Source: Vulcanimicrobiota bacterium
Lineage (GTDB): Bacteria; Vulcanimicrobiota; Vulcanimicrobiia; Eremiobacterales; Eremiobacteraceae
Direction of reading: 5' to 3'
Length of the DNA stretch: 64,000 nt
NCBI GenBank assembly: GCA_963805945.1
Contig: CAWDVP010000002.1
Span: 352,001-416,000, forward strand
Part shown: positions 29,568 to 44,436 of the stretch, in pieces
Layout: every line of letters begins with the position of its first letter
How positions within the stretch are numbered: the first letter of the stretch is position 1
The notes under the pieces: generated by a model
Seen by the model: only the letters and a program-made list of their open reading frames with translations
Told to the model about the DNA's origin: nothing
Database searches by the model: none
Made by a program: the position numbers and the translations under genes

Positions 29568-30835
29568 ATGAACGCGCGCACCCTCGAGCAGGCGCTGCTC
29601 GCGACCGCCGATCCGGCGGTCTATGACGCGATTCTCAAAGAAGAAGAGCGCCAGCGCAAGAACCTCGAGCTGATCGCGTCGCGAGAACTACGTCAGCGCG
29701 GCGGTCCTCGAGGCGGCGGGCTGCGTGCTGACCAACAAGTACGCCGAGGGCTATCCCGGCAAGCGCTACTACGGCGGCTGCGAGTACGTCGACGTCGTCG
29801 AGAACCTCGCCATCGAGCGGCTGCAGAAGCTGTTCGGCGCCGAGCACGCCAACGTCCAGCCGCACTCCGGCGCGCAGGCCAACATGGCCGTCTACTTCGC
29901 GGCGCTCAAGCCCGGCGACACGGTGCTGGGCATGAGCCTCGCCCACGGCGGGCACCTCACGCACGGCAGCACGGTCAACTTCTCGCGGCAAGCTCTACAA
30001 CGTCGTCGGCTACGGCGTCGATCCGAAGACCGAGCGCATCGACTACGACGCAGATCGCGACGCTCGCGCAGCGAGCACCAGCCGAAGATGATCGTCGCCG
30101 GGCGCGAGCGCCTATCCGCGCATCATCGACTTCGCAGGCGTTCGCGCGAGATCGCCCACGAGGTCGGGCGCCGTGCTCATGGTCGACATGGCGCACATCG
30201 CCGGCCTGGTCGCCGCCGGGCTGCACCCGAGCCCGGTGCCGCATCGCCGACTTCGTCACGACCACGACGCACAAGACGCTGCGCGGCCCGCGCGGCGGCC
30301 TGGTCCTGTGCGACGGCTGGAGCGCGGCAAGGGTCATCGCCAAGCACGTCTTCCCCGGCATCCAGGGCGGCCCGCTCATGCACGTCATCGCCGCCAAGGC
30401 GGTCGCGTTCGGCGAGGCGCTGCAGCCGGAGTTCAAGGACTACGCGAAGCAGGTCATCGCCAACGCGCAAGACGCTGGCCGAGGCGCTGCAGGGACACGG
30501 CTTGCGCCTCGTCTCCGGCGGCACCGACAACCACCTCATGCTGGTCGACGTCGTCCGTGCGCGGCCTCACCGGCAAGGACGCCGAGGCCTAGCTCGACGA
30601 GGTCGGCATCACCGTCAACAAGAACACGATCCCCTTCGACAAGAACCCGCCGATCGTCACGAGCGGCATCCGCGTCGGCACGCCGGCGATCACCACGCGC
30701 GGCATGCGCGAGGAGCACATGCGCGAGATCGCCGACATCATGGGCGCGGCGATGGACGACATCGGCGCGCGGGCGCGCCTCGACCAGCTGCGCGATCGCG
30801 TCTTCGAGCTGACGTCGCACTTCGACGTGCCGTAG
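29568..30835 (+). CDS. glyA: Serine hydroxymethyltransferase; many frameshifts
   Basis: [72 protein letters not shown] across frames. Confidence 0.95.
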
Positions 30836-30848
30836 GCGGGCGCACACG

Positions 30849-31319
30849 GTGAAAGAGACGCTGCCCCAGATCCCCGAGCCGCCGCACGACGACCGACCGT
30901 CGTGGGATGAGTATTTCATGGCGATCACGCGCGCGGTGGCGACGCGCGCGACCTGCTCGCGCCGCAGCGTGGGCGCGGTGATCGTCAAGGACAAGCGCAT
31001 CCTCGCCACCGGCTACAACGGCGCGCCGATCGGCCTGCGCCACTGCGACCACCGCGACGGCGGCGACCTGCGCGACGGGCACTGCGCGCGCTCGACGCAC
31101 GCCGAGCAGAACGCGCTGGTCCAGGCCGCACGGCACGGCATCGCGATCGCGGGCGGCACGATCTACTGCACGGACCACCCGTGCCTGACGTGCGCGAAAC
31201 TGCTCATCAACGCCGGGCTCCAGCGGGTCGTGTACGAGGCGTCGTATCCCGACGAACTCGCCGCCGCGCTGCTGCGCGAGGCGGCGATCCCGCTCGATCG
31301 TTTCGCGGCGCGCCGCTGA
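30849..31319 (+). CDS. dCMP deaminase / ComEB family
   Basis: [25 protein letters not shown]. Confidence 0.92.
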   Translation: MKETLPQIPEPPHDDRPSWDEYFMAITRAVATRATCSRRSVGAVIVKDKRILATGYNGAPIGLRHCDHRDGGDLRDGHCARSTHAEQNALVQAARHGIAIAGGTIYCTDHPCLTCAKLLINAGLQRVVYEASYPDELAAALLREAAIPLDRFAARR

Positions 31320-32383
31320 TGGCGCCGCCGCTGCTCGCGCTGCTGCCCACCGCGCTGGCGAGCCCGATCCGTTTCGACGTCAACATCTACTGGCTGTGCG
31401 CGATCACCTTCGCCCTGAGCCTTGCCGCCTGTCTGCTCATCACGCCGCTCGTCATCCGCATGGCGGTGCGCCTCGGGCACTTCGACGTCCCCGACGAAGA
31501 GCGCCACGTGCACACCGAGCCGACGCCGCGCATCGGCGGCATCGCGATCTACCTGAGCTTCATGCTGTCGCTGTTCGCCGTGCTCAACGTCGCGCTCACC
31601 AACAACAGCGTCATCACGCGCTATCTGAGCGACCACGACACCGCGCGCATCATCGGCTTGCTGTTCGGCGGCACGCTCATGATGGGCGTGGGCCTGTGGG
31701 ACGACGTCATGGGCATGCGGCCGCGCAACAAGTTCTTGGCGCAGTTCGTCGTGGCGTCGATCGCCGTCGTGCTCTACGGCTTCACCATCTACCATTTGCG
31801 CCTGCCGCACTTCGGGCTGGTCGAACTCGGCTGGTTCGGGATACCGTTCTCGCTGTTCTGGTATCTGGGCATGGTCAACGCCATCAACTTCCTCGACGGG
31901 TTGGACGGACTCGTCGCCGGCTACACCGTCATCGCCGCGGTCGCGCTCACCGCGATCTCGCTGCTCAAGGACCAGTACCTCGTCGCGATCACCGCGTGCG
32001 CGCTCGCCGGCGCGGCGGCGGGCTTCCTGCCGTACAACTTCAGCCGCGCGCGCATCTTCATGGGCGACGGCGGCTCGCTCTTCATCGGCTTCGTGCTGGC
32101 GACCGTCGGCGTGATGGGCACGGAGAAGCAGGCCGTCGCGATCTCGCTCGTCGTGCCGCTGCTCATCCTCGCGCTCCCGATCCTCGACACCGCCAAGGTG
32201 ATCGTGCGCCGCCTCCACAAAGGCGCGCCGCTGTCGATCGCCGACCGCGAGCACGTGCACCATCAGCTGCTCGACCTCGGTCTGAGCCAGCGCCAGGTCG
32301 TCGTGCTCATCTACGCGGTGTGCTGCGTGCTGAGCGGGATCGCCATCGTGCTGTCGCTGCCCAAGGGACCGCACGTCTTTTGA
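31319..32383 (+). CDS. WecA/TagO-type undecaprenyl-phosphate GlcNAc-1-P transferase (MraY family)
   Basis: HTEPTPRIGG, GLWDD, NAINFLDGLDGL, IFMGDGGS, DREHVHH. Confidence 0.92.
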   Translation: MAPPLLALLPTALASPIRFDVNIYWLCAITFALSLAACLLITPLVIRMAVRLGHFDVPDEERHVHTEPTPRIGGIAIYLSFMLSLFAVLNVALTNNSVITRYLSDHDTARIIGLLFGGTLMMGVGLWDDVMGMRPRNKFLAQFVVASIAVVLYGFTIYHLRLPHFGLVELGWFGIPFSLFWYLGMVNAINFLDGLDGLVAGYTVIAAVALTAISLLKDQYLVAITACALAGAAAGFLPYNFSRARIFMGDGGSLFIGFVLATVGVMGTEKQAVAISLVVPLLILALPILDTAKVIVRRLHKGAPLSIADREHVHHQLLDLGLSQRQVVVLIYAVCCVLSGIAIVLSLPKGPHVF

Positions 32384-33551
32384 CGCGCCCGCTGCGCGTC
32401 GCGGTCGTCTTCGGCACGCGGCCCGACGCGATCAAGATGGCGCCGGTGGCGCACGCGCTGACGAGCGACCGGCGTTTCGAGTGCATCACCATCTCCACCG
32501 GACAGCATCGCGAGATGCTCGACGAGGTGCTCGCGCTCTTCGACATCGTGCCCGAGCACGATCTCGAGGTGATGACCGACGAGCAGTCGCTCACCGACGT
32601 CACCACGCGCGTGCTCGAGCGGCTCTCCGCCGTGCTGGCGGACGCCAAGCCCGAGGTCGTGCTGGTGCATGGCGACACCACCAGCTCCACCGCCTCCGCG
32701 CTCGCCGCGTACTATAAGAAGATCCCCGTCGGCCACGTCGAGGCGGGCCTGCGCACCGACACCATCTACGAGCCGTTCCCGGAGGAGATGAACCGCCGGC
32801 TCACCGGCGCGCTCGCCACCCATCATTTCGCGCCGACGCCGACGGCCAAGCAGAACCTGCTGCGCGAAGGCAAGGCGGCGCGCGACATCCACGTCACCGG
32901 CAACACCGTCATCGACGCGTTCCTCTGGGTGCACGCGCGCACCACGCCAGAGGACGTGCCCGCGGTCGAGACGCCGCGGCTCGCGTTCGTCGAGGCGCAT
33001 CGCCGCGAGAACCTCGGCGAGCCGCTCGAGGCGATCTGCCGCGCGCTGCGCACGGTCGCCGAGCGCCACTCCGACCTCTCCATCCTGTGGCCGGTGCATC
33101 CCAACCCGGCGGTGTCCGAAGTCGCGCGCCGTATCCTCTCGAGCAGCGAGCGCGTGCGGCTCGTGGCGCCGATGACCTACCGTAAGCTCGTCGGCGCCGA
33201 TCGGACGCGCCACGCTCGTCGCGACCGACTCCGGCGGACTGCAAGAAGAGGCGCCTTGCTTGGGCAAACCGGTGCTCGTGTTGCGGCGGGTCACCGAGCG
33301 GCCTGAGGGAGTGGAAGCGGGCACGCTGCGCTTCAGTGGGCACCGACGAGAAGACGATCGTCGCCGCCTTCGACGAGCTGCTCGACGATCAAGCGGCGTA
33401 TCAACGCATGGCGCGCGCGGCGAATCCATATGGCGACGGGCGCGCGGCGGAGCGGATCCGCGACGCGCTCATCGCGCTATATCGCGAAGGCGCGATGCCC
33501 GGCGAATTCGATCCGTCGCTGCCGCCGACGCTTCCCTCAGCGGCGCGGTGA
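32380..33551 (+). CDS. wecB: UDP-GlcNAc 2-epimerase (non-hydrolysing); frameshifts about 33200 and 33335
   Basis: [60 protein letters not shown]. Confidence 0.93.
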
Positions 33552-33572
33552 GAGCAGAACGACCCGCTCACC

Positions 33573-33740
33573 ATGGCTCGTCTGGCGAGCGTCGGCTTCT
33601 CGCTGCTGGCGAACGTCGCCGTGGGATTCGCGCTCGGCGTGCTCGCGAACAAGTATCTGCATTGGGACTGGGCGATTCCGCTCGGCATCGTGGTCGGCTT
33701 CGCCGCCGGATTCGCGATGATGTTCCGCCAGCTCAGATAG
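33573..33740 (+). CDS. AtpZ/AtpI-family small membrane protein
   Basis: [55 protein letters not shown]; two TM, first gene of atp cluster. Confidence 0.75.
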   Translation: MARLASVGFSLLANVAVGFALGVLANKYLHWDWAIPLGIVVGFAAGFAMMFRQLR

Positions 33741-33806
33741 CGGCGTCGCACACACGAACGTTCGAGTGGAGGGCGACCCGGACAGCCGGACGAACGCGCC
33801 AACCCT

Positions 33807-34223
33807 ATGGAAGGCTTCCGCACGTTTCAGGCAGCGGTGGCGACGCGCAGCCTGGCGCTAGCGGTCGTCGCCGCCGCAGCCCTAGCGCTGTTCCACCAGC
33901 GCGTCCCGGCGCTCGCGCTCCTGGCGGGGACCCTTATCGGGCTCTTCTATCTCTTACACATCGCGACAAGCTTCAACCGCCTGGTGAAAGGCGGCAAGGC
34001 GTACCTGCCCTTCAACACCATCGAGTCGCTGCTGCGCGTGCTGCTCGCCGGCGCCGCGCCTTTCTTCATCGTGGGACGCGGGCCGTGGCAGGGGTACTTC
34101 ACCTACCTTGCTGGATTTGTCGCACCGCTAGCAGTGGCGATTCTCGTGTATAAGAAACAAATCAGCACGGATTGCGTCCCGACGGGCGCGCCGGACGAAC
34201 ACTCTGCCACCACCGCCTCATAA
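33807..34223 (+). CDS. atpI: ATP synthase protein I
   Basis: Four TM segments, immediately upstream of atpB. Confidence 0.7.
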   Translation: MEGFRTFQAAVATRSLALAVVAAAALALFHQRVPALALLAGTLIGLFYLLHIATSFNRLVKGGKAYLPFNTIESLLRVLLAGAAPFFIVGRGPWQGYFTYLAGFVAPLAVAILVYKKQISTDCVPTGAPDEHSATTAS

Positions 34224-34231
34224 AGGAAGCG

Positions 34232-34969
34232 ATGCAGCACGAAAACGTCGGCGATCACCCGCTGTGGCATCTGGATTTCATGCCGGCGCCGTTCAACACG
34301 GTCCATGCCGACACGGTGATCATCACGTGGCTCGTCATGGCCTTGGCGCTGCTCGCCGTGGGCCTGCTCGCCGCCACCCACCCGGTCACGGTGGTCTCCA
34401 AACGCTATAGCGTCATGGAGCTCGTGGTCGGCTACCTCACCGACCTGACGACGGGCATCCTCGGCCGCAACGGCGCGCCGCTCGTGCCGTTCATCATCTC
34501 GCTGTTCCTGTTCATCGTGCTGCTCAACGAGATCGGCCTGCTGCCCGTGCCCGGCTTCTTCTCGCCGACCGCGGACATCAACACGACCGCCGCGCTGGCG
34601 ATCACGACGATCCTGCTCATCCAGGCCGTCGGCATCCGCAATCATGGACTGGGCTTCTACAAACACCTCGTCATCCAACCGCTGGCGCTCGGCATCCCGA
34701 TGCTGCCGTTCATGCTCATCGACGAACTGGCGCGGCCGGTGACGCTCGCGATGCGGCTGTTCGGCAACATCTTCGCCGGCGAGATCCTCTTGGTGGTCGT
34801 CGCGGCGATCATCGGCGCCAAGATCGGCCTCCTCTCGACGCTCGCGAACGGCGCGCCGATCCTCATCTACGCGTTCAACCTGATCATCGGGCTCATCCAG
34901 GCGCTCGTCTTCACCTTGCTGACCATCGCGTACCTCATCGCGCCAACTTCGGAATCAACGGAACACTAA
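34232..34969 (+). CDS. atpB: F0 subunit a
   Basis: SPTADIN, ELARPVTLAMRLFGNIFAGE, IQALVFTLL. Confidence 0.95.
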   Translation: MQHENVGDHPLWHLDFMPAPFNTVHADTVIITWLVMALALLAVGLLAATHPVTVVSKRYSVMELVVGYLTDLTTGILGRNGAPLVPFIISLFLFIVLLNEIGLLPVPGFFSPTADINTTAALAITTILLIQAVGIRNHGLGFYKHLVIQPLALGIPMLPFMLIDELARPVTLAMRLFGNIFAGEILLVVVAAIIGAKIGLLSTLANGAPILIYAFNLIIGLIQALVFTLLTIAYLIAPTSESTEH

Positions 34970-34982
34970 AGGGAGCACATCT

Positions 34983-35274
34983 GTGGAAAACGCAATTCTG
35001 GTCTCAGCGGTCATCGTGAGCTTCGCCTTGATGGTGGGGTTCGCGGCGTTCGGTTCCGCGATCGGCGACGGCATCATCGGCAGCAAAGCCGTCGAGTCGA
35101 TCGCGCGGCAGCCCGAAGCGCGGCCGAACATATTCTTCTTCTACTTCCTCGGCTTCGGCATCCTGGAGGCCTTCCCGATCATCGCGATCGCGCTGGCCTT
35201 CTTCTTGCTGATCGGCGGCGGCGGTCTGGGCGTGATGCAGGCTGCTCAAGCCCATCCTCACCGCGGGCCACTAG
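34983..35274 (+). CDS. atpE: F0 subunit c; probable +1 error near 35241
   Basis: GSAIGDG, ARQPEA, LEAFPII; shifted frame ends LLKPILTAGH* at 35274. Confidence 0.9.
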
Positions 35275-35291
35275 GACGTAGCAGAGCCGGC

Positions 35292-35727
35292 ATGCTGCTC
35301 TCGATCGACGGCACGTTCCTCGTCCAGATCCTGAACTTCATCGTGTTCTGGGCGCTGCTGAACTACGTCTTCATCGCGCCGACGCGGCGCACGGTCGAGG
35401 CGCGCCAACGGCTCATCGCGGAGCAGCAGCGGGCGGCGGAGGAGCTCGCAGGCGCGCGCGCAGGCGCTGCAGGCGCAAGCCGACGCGATCATCGGCGAGG
35501 CCCGGCGTACGACCGACGAAGCGATGCGCGCCGCGGCCGCGGCGGCCTCCGACGAGACGCACGCCATCGAGCGCAAAGCCGCGGACGAGGCGACGGCGAC
35601 CGTGACGCTCGCGCACGCGACCGTCGCGGACGAGCGTGCACAGGCGGTGGCCAATCAGGCGGCGTTCGTCGATGAGCTCGCGCACACGATGGCAACGCGC
35701 GCGACCGGCATGGAGAGCGTGGCATGA
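35292..35727 (+). CDS. atpF: F0 subunit b/b'; frameshift about 35450
   Basis: DGTFLVQILNFIVFWALLNYVFIAP then Ala-rich coiled coil. Confidence 0.85.
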
Positions 35728-36231
35728 TGGACTTCGCCGCGGCGTTCCACGATCCGATCTTCATCGCGAAGTTCATCGACTTCGTCCTCTTCGCGGTGGT
35801 CGATCGTCTATGTCTACCAGCACGTGGCTGGAGCCGGTGCTCGTCGGCTACCAGGAATCCCAGAACAAAGCGGTCGCAGACGCGGCCGCGCGCCGCGCGG
35901 CGTGCGAGCAGGCGGTCGAGACGGCCAGCCGCCGCGATCTCGCAGGCGGAGCTCGACGCGACGCGCATGGTGGAGATCGGCCGCGCGCAGGCGGCGAAGC
36001 TCATCGCCGACGAACGCGCGCGCGGCGCAAGCGCACGCGCAGCGTATCGCCGCGCACGCCGCGGGCGAACTCGAACGCGAGCGCTACCGCGTGCGTCGCG
36101 AATTGCTCGAGGACACGGTCGAGCGCGCGACCGCCGCCGCGCGCGCGATCGTCACGCGCGATCTCACGCCCGCCCGGCAGCAGGCGCTCGTCGAGGGCGC
36201 GGTCGCGGATCTCGAGGCCGGCCGTGCTTAA
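35724..36231 (+). CDS. atpF: Second F0 subunit b-like; frameshifts
   Basis: KFIDFVLF TM then coiled coil ..ELERERYRVRRELL..QQALVEGAVADL. Confidence 0.75.
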
Positions 36232-36823
36232 GGACAGCCTCGCGCGCCGCTACTCCGCCGCGCTGTTCGCGCTCGCCGACGAGGCCGGCACGACGCGTGC
36301 GACCCTCGACCAGCTCGACGCCTTCATCGCCGCGCTCGACGAAGATCCGCAGCTGGCGGAGTTCTACGAATCGCCGGTCATCGACCGGGCGGAGAAACAG
36401 CGCATGCTCGAGACCGCGCTCGCCGGCAGCGGCGAGCTGGTCGCGCAGTTCGTGCTGCTGCTCGTGCGCAAACGGCGCGAGAACATCATCCGGCTGGTCG
36501 CAAGCCAGATGCACGAACTGCTCGATCGCCAAGCCGGCCGCGCGGACGCCGATATCGAGACGCCGACGCCGCTGCCGGCGCACGAGCTCGCGGAGCTGGC
36601 GCGCCGGCTCTCGAAGGTGTACGGCCGGACGATCGTGCCGCAGCCGAAAGTGCAGCCGGCGCTGCTCGGCGGCATGGTGGTGCAGGTCGGCGACCGCTAC
36701 GTCGACGCCAGCGTGTCCGGCAAGATCGAGGAACTGCGCCGTCATCTGCTCGCGAGCGCGGACACGTGGAGCAGCACATCTACTAACGGTCGGATCAATC
36801 CGACCGCTCCAGGGGATCGATAA
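36224..36823 (+). CDS. atpH: F1 subunit delta
   Basis: [27 protein letters not shown]. Confidence 0.92.
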   Translation: MLKDSLARRYSAALFALADEAGTTRATLDQLDAFIAALDEDPQLAEFYESPVIDRAEKQRMLETALAGSGELVAQFVLLLVRKRRENIIRLVASQMHELLDRQAGRADADIETPTPLPAHELAELARRLSKVYGRTIVPQPKVQPALLGGMVVQVGDRYVDASVSGKIEELRRHLLASADTWSSTSTNGRINPTAPGDR

Positions 36824-36825
36824 AT

Positions 36826-38337
36826 ATGATCAACGCCGACGAGATCGCGGGAATACTCAAACAGCAGATCCAGAGCGCCCGCACGCAGACGCGCCAAGAC
36901 GAGGTGGGCACCGTCATCGAAGTGGGCGACTCCATCGCCCGCGTCTACGGGCTGAGCGCCGCGCAGGCGGGCGAACTGCTGCAGTTCCCCAACGGGTTGT
37001 TCGGCATCGTCTTCAACCTCGAAGAGGACAACGTCGGCGTCGTCATCATGGGTCCCGACTCGGACATCAAAGAGGGCGCCACGGTGCGGCGCACCGGCCG
37101 CATCGTCTCTGTGCCCGTCGGCGATGCGGTCATCGGCCGCGTCGTGAACCCGCTCGGCCAGCCGCTCGACGACAAAGGCCCGGTCAACACGACGCGCACG
37201 CGGCCGATCGAGACGCAGGCGCCCGGCGTCGTGCAGCGCCAGCCGGTGCATGAACCGCTGCAGACCGGCATCAAGTCCATCGACGGCCTCATCCCGGTCG
37301 GCAAGGGGCAGCGCGAGCTCATCATCGGCGACCGCCAGACCGGCAAGACGGCGATCGCGCTCGACGCGATCATCAACCAAAAGGGCAAGGACGTCATCTG
37401 CATCTACGTCGCGATCGGGCAGAAGGCGTCGACGGTCGCGCAGGTCTACAAGCTGCTCACCGATGCCGGCGCGATGGACTACACGACGATCGTCGCGGCC
37501 AACGCGGCGGATCCGGCGAGCCTGCGCTACATCGCGCCGTACGCCGGCTGCGCGATGGGTCAAGAGCTCATGTACGCCGGCAAGCACGTGCTCATCATCT
37601 ACGACGATCTCTCCAAGCACGCGCAGGCGTACCGCGAGATCTCGCTCGTGCTGCGCCGCCCGCCCGGCCGCGAGGCGTATCCGGGCGACATCTTCTACCT
37701 CCACTCGCGCCTGTTGGAGCGCGCGGCGAAGCTCTCCGACGAGCTCGGCGGCGGTTCGATGACCGCGTTGCCCGTCATCGAGACGCAGCAGGGCGACGTC
37801 TCCGCGTACATCCCGACGAATCTGATCTCGATCACCGACGGCCAGATCTACCTGGACACGAACCTGTTCTACCAGGGCATCCGGCCGGCCATCGACGTCG
37901 GCTTGTCCGTGTCGCGCGTCGGCGGCAACGCGCAGACCAAGGCGATGAAGGCCGTCGCCGGCCAGCTGCGCCTCGAGCTGTCGCAGTACCGCGATCTCGC
38001 GGCGTTCTCGAAGCTTGCGTCCGACCTCGACAAGGCGACACAAGCGCAGCTGTCGCGCGGCGAGAAGGTGACCGAGACGCTCAAGCAGCCGCAGTTCGAG
38101 CCGCTCGACCTCGACCGCCAGGTCATCCAGATCTACGTCGCGGTGAAGGACTACTTGGCGGACATCCCCACGCCGCGCGTGCGCGAGTTCCAGAAGCAGT
38201 TCTACGAGTTCTTGCAGACGGCGCATCCCGACATCCCCGCGTTCATCGCCGACCGCAAAGAGCTCAACGACGAGATCCGCGGAAAGCTCGACGCGGCCAT
38301 CGTCGAGTTCAAGCAGCGCTTCGCGGCGGCGAAATGA
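36826..38337 (+). CDS. atpA: F1 subunit alpha
   Basis: [27 protein letters not shown]. Confidence 0.98.
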   Translation: MINADEIAGILKQQIQSARTQTRQDEVGTVIEVGDSIARVYGLSAAQAGELLQFPNGLFGIVFNLEEDNVGVVIMGPDSDIKEGATVRRTGRIVSVPVGDAVIGRVVNPLGQPLDDKGPVNTTRTRPIETQAPGVVQRQPVHEPLQTGIKSIDGLIPVGKGQRELIIGDRQTGKTAIALDAIINQKGKDVICIYVAIGQKASTVAQVYKLLTDAGAMDYTTIVAANAADPASLRYIAPYAGCAMGQELMYAGKHVLIIYDDLSKHAQAYREISLVLRRPPGREAYPGDIFYLHSRLLERAAKLSDELGGGSMTALPVIETQQGDVSAYIPTNLISITDGQIYLDTNLFYQGIRPAIDVGLSVSRVGGNAQTKAMKAVAGQLRLELSQYRDLAAFSKLASDLDKATQAQLSRGEKVTETLKQPQFEPLDLDRQVIQIYVAVKDYLADIPTPRVREFQKQFYEFLQTAHPDIPAFIADRKELNDEIRGKLDAAIVEFKQRFAAAK

Positions 38338-38345
38338 CGCGCTAG

Positions 38346-39204
38346 ATGCCGACACTCCGCCAGCTGCGCGACCGCGTCAAGTCGCTCAAGAACACCCAGC
38401 AGATCACCCGCGCCATGAAGATGGTCGCGGGCGCGAGGATCCGCCGGGCGGAGCTCGACATGCGCGCAGCGCGGCCGTACGCTGCGGCGATCGGCGAGAT
38501 GCTGACGCAGCTCGCGTCAGCCGGCGGCAGCAGCGCGAACCATCCGCTGCTCGAGACGCGCGAGGTGAGGACCCGCGCGATCCTGCTCATGACCGCCGAC
38601 AAGGGTCTGTGCGGCTCGTTCAACTCGAATCTCGTGCGTGCGGCGCTCAAGTCGATCGAAGGCGATGGCAGATCCAAAGCTCTATCTCGTCGGCACCAAG
38701 GGCCGGGTGCAGCTGCAGCGCAGATATCCGCCCGCCGCGTTCTGGCCGCTGCTGAGCAAGAGCTTCGGCGAACTCGCCAAGGAAGTCGCGATCCAAGGTG
38801 AGCGACGATTTCTTGTCGGGGGCGGTCGATTCGGTGACGCTCGTGTCGAGCCGTTTCGTCTCGACCATGGTGCAGCGGCCGACGCGCGATCCAATTGCTG
38901 CCGATCGCGACCGCGAGCAGCCGAGAAGCGGGATGCCGGCAAGAACTCGTTCGAGTTCGAGCCCGACGTCGCGGCGGTGCTGGCGTCGCTGCTGCCGAAA
39001 TATCTCGAGTTCACCATCTTCCAGGCGCTGCTCGAGACGCAGGCGTCGGAATTCGCGGCACGGCTCATCGCGATGACGAGCGCCACGGACAACGCGGGCA
39101 AGCTCATCGACGAGATCACCATGCTCATGAACCAGACGCGCCAGGCGGCGATCACCAAGGAGATCTTGGAGATCGTCGGCGGCGCCGAAGCGCTGAAAGG
39201 CTAG
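38346..39204 (+). CDS. atpG: F1 subunit gamma; frameshifts
   Basis: QITRAMKMV, DKGLCGSFN, SEFAARLIAM, RQAAITKEILEIVGG. Confidence 0.95.
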
Positions 39205-40629
<1,425 letters not shown>

Positions 40630-40635
40630 CGGCGC

Positions 40636-41070
40636 ATGGCGACCACGCATCTCTCGGTCGTCACGCCGGCCGCCCTGAAGTTCGAGGGCGACGTCGAGAT
40701 CGTCATCGCGCCGGGCGCCGCGGGCGACCTCGCCGCGTTGGTCAACCACGCGCCGCTGCTCACGACCCTGCGCACCGGCCTGGTGAAGGCGGACACGATC
40801 CGGCCGAGCGCGGGCGACGCGAATCCGGCGGTCGAGCGGGTCGAGTTCTGCGTCGACGGGGGCTTCATGCAGGTGCTGCCCGATCGCGTCATCATCCTCA
40901 CCGATACCGCCCTCGCGCGCGACGAGGTGGATGTCGTCGCCACGCGAGCCGAATTGAAGCGGGCCGAGGAAGCCCTCGCGCAGAAGAAGGGCGCTGATGA
41001 TCTCCCAGAGCGTCGCGCGGTCGCATGGGCACAGGCCAAGCTCGAGGTCGCGCACAGCACGCCGGAATAA
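40636..41070 (+). CDS. atpC: F1 subunit epsilon
   Basis: VVTP, NHAPLLT, DGGFMQV, C-terminal helices. Confidence 0.93.
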   Translation: MATTHLSVVTPAALKFEGDVEIVIAPGAAGDLAALVNHAPLLTTLRTGLVKADTIRPSAGDANPAVERVEFCVDGGFMQVLPDRVIILTDTALARDEVDVVATRAELKRAEEALAQKKGADDLPERRAVAWAQAKLEVAHSTPE

Positions 41071-41095
41071 CGGTCGAGTGAACTCGACCGCTACA
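41071..41095 (-). repeat. GTAG-type REP palindrome
   Basis: Minus strand TGTAG-CGGTCGAGT-TC-ACTCGACCG, perfect 9-bp arms, directly after atpC stop. Confidence 0.75.
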
Positions 41096-41103
41096 TTCTC
41101 TAT

Positions 41104-43457
<2,354 letters not shown>

Positions 43458-43464
43458 GGGTGAT

Positions 43465-43541
43465 CTATGTAGGGGCCGATCTTAAGATCGGCCCTCCCCA
43501 CGTCGAAAAAAGGGTCGACCTAAAGGTCGACCCCTACATAG
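43465..43541. repeat. REPIN-like doublet of inverted GTAG REPs
   Basis: CTATGTAGGGG-CCGATCTTAAGATCGGCCC ... GGGTCGACCTAAAGGTCGA-CCCCTACATAG; 11-bp terminal inverted repeat, each half self-palindromic. Confidence 0.8.
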
Positions 43542-43553
43542 GTTGTACGTCCG

Positions 43554-43748
43554 TTATGAGGCGAAGCGCAGGCGGCGCGCGATGCTCGCGCCCGCTCGCT
43601 TCACGCGGCGGCGCGCACGGGCGACCCGGCTTTTGGCGCTGCGGTGCATCTCCTGGCCGACCGCGAGCGGCACCAGCGCGGTGCACACGGCGGCGAAGAT
43701 AATGCCGAGGGTGGCGTAGAACATCTGGTTTCGGATGCGGGAACCCAT
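43554..43748 (-). CDS. Small hypothetical membrane protein (64 aa)
   Basis: MGSRIRNQMFYATLGIIFAAVCTALVPLAVG one TM plus basic tail; fills the mreB-tsaC gap. Confidence 0.5.
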   Translation of the reverse strand: MGSRIRNQMFYATLGIIFAAVCTALVPLAVGQEMHRSAKSRVARARRRVKRAGASIARRLRFAS

Positions 43749-43805
43749 ACTATACTCTTTACCAACCAGGCGCCGACGCCCTTCGGCGTGCGGGAGCGAG
43801 CTGCG

Positions 43806-44423
43806 ATGCACGTAGTGCGCGCCGGCGGAACGCCCGACGCTGCGACGCTGCACGAGGCCGCCACATGTATCCGCACGGGCGGCCTGCTGATCTTCCCGAC
43901 CGAGACCGTCTACGGCATCGGGTGCGCGCCCGACGACGAGCGCGCGGTCGCCGCGCTCTTCCGCGCGAAGCGCCGACCAGCCGACAAGCCGCTTGCGATC
44001 CATCTCGCACGCGCGGCGGATGCCGAGGTGTTCGCGCTCGCGTTACCGGAGAGCGCGCGCCGCATCATGCGATCGTTGTGGCCCGGACCGGTCGCCATCG
44101 TCGTCGAGCGCGCCCCGACACGCGCAGCCGCCGCCGCATGCGGCGGCGCCACGATCTCGCTGCGCTGCCCGGACGACGCGGCATGTCGTGCGATCCTCGA
44201 GGCGACGGGGCCGCTCGCCGCCACGTCGGCCAATCTCGCCAGCGAGCCGGCGTTCCTGGGAGATGAAGCGGGCATCGCGTCGCTGCCGGACGCGGCGCTC
44301 GCGATCATCACAGGGCCCACCCGATTGCGGCAAGAAAGCACGGTCGTTGATTGTACCGGCGAGATCCCACGTATCCTGCGGCACGGCGCGGTCGACGAAG
44401 CGGCCATCGCCGCTGCGCGCTAA
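43806..44423 (+). CDS. tsaC: L-threonylcarbamoyladenylate synthase (TsaC/Sua5)
   Basis: FPTETVYG, KRRPADKPL, WPGP, TSAN, STVVD. Confidence 0.93.
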   Translation: MHVVRAGGTPDAATLHEAATCIRTGGLLIFPTETVYGIGCAPDDERAVAALFRAKRRPADKPLAIHLARAADAEVFALALPESARRIMRSLWPGPVAIVVERAPTRAAAAACGGATISLRCPDDAACRAILEATGPLAATSANLASEPAFLGDEAGIASLPDAALAIITGPTRLRQESTVVDCTGEIPRILRHGAVDEAAIAAAR

Positions 44424-44436
44424 GCCCCGCCCTCCG

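Noticed and set aside
30590..30592. In-frame TAG in glyA as pyrrolysine or recoding
   Set aside because: Non-catalytic position in the most error-ridden gene; other genes use TAG as a normal stop
34983..35675. atpE-atpF fusion ORF of 230 aa
   Set aside because: A single-base correction near 35241 gives a stop at 35274, and atpF has its own ATG at 35292
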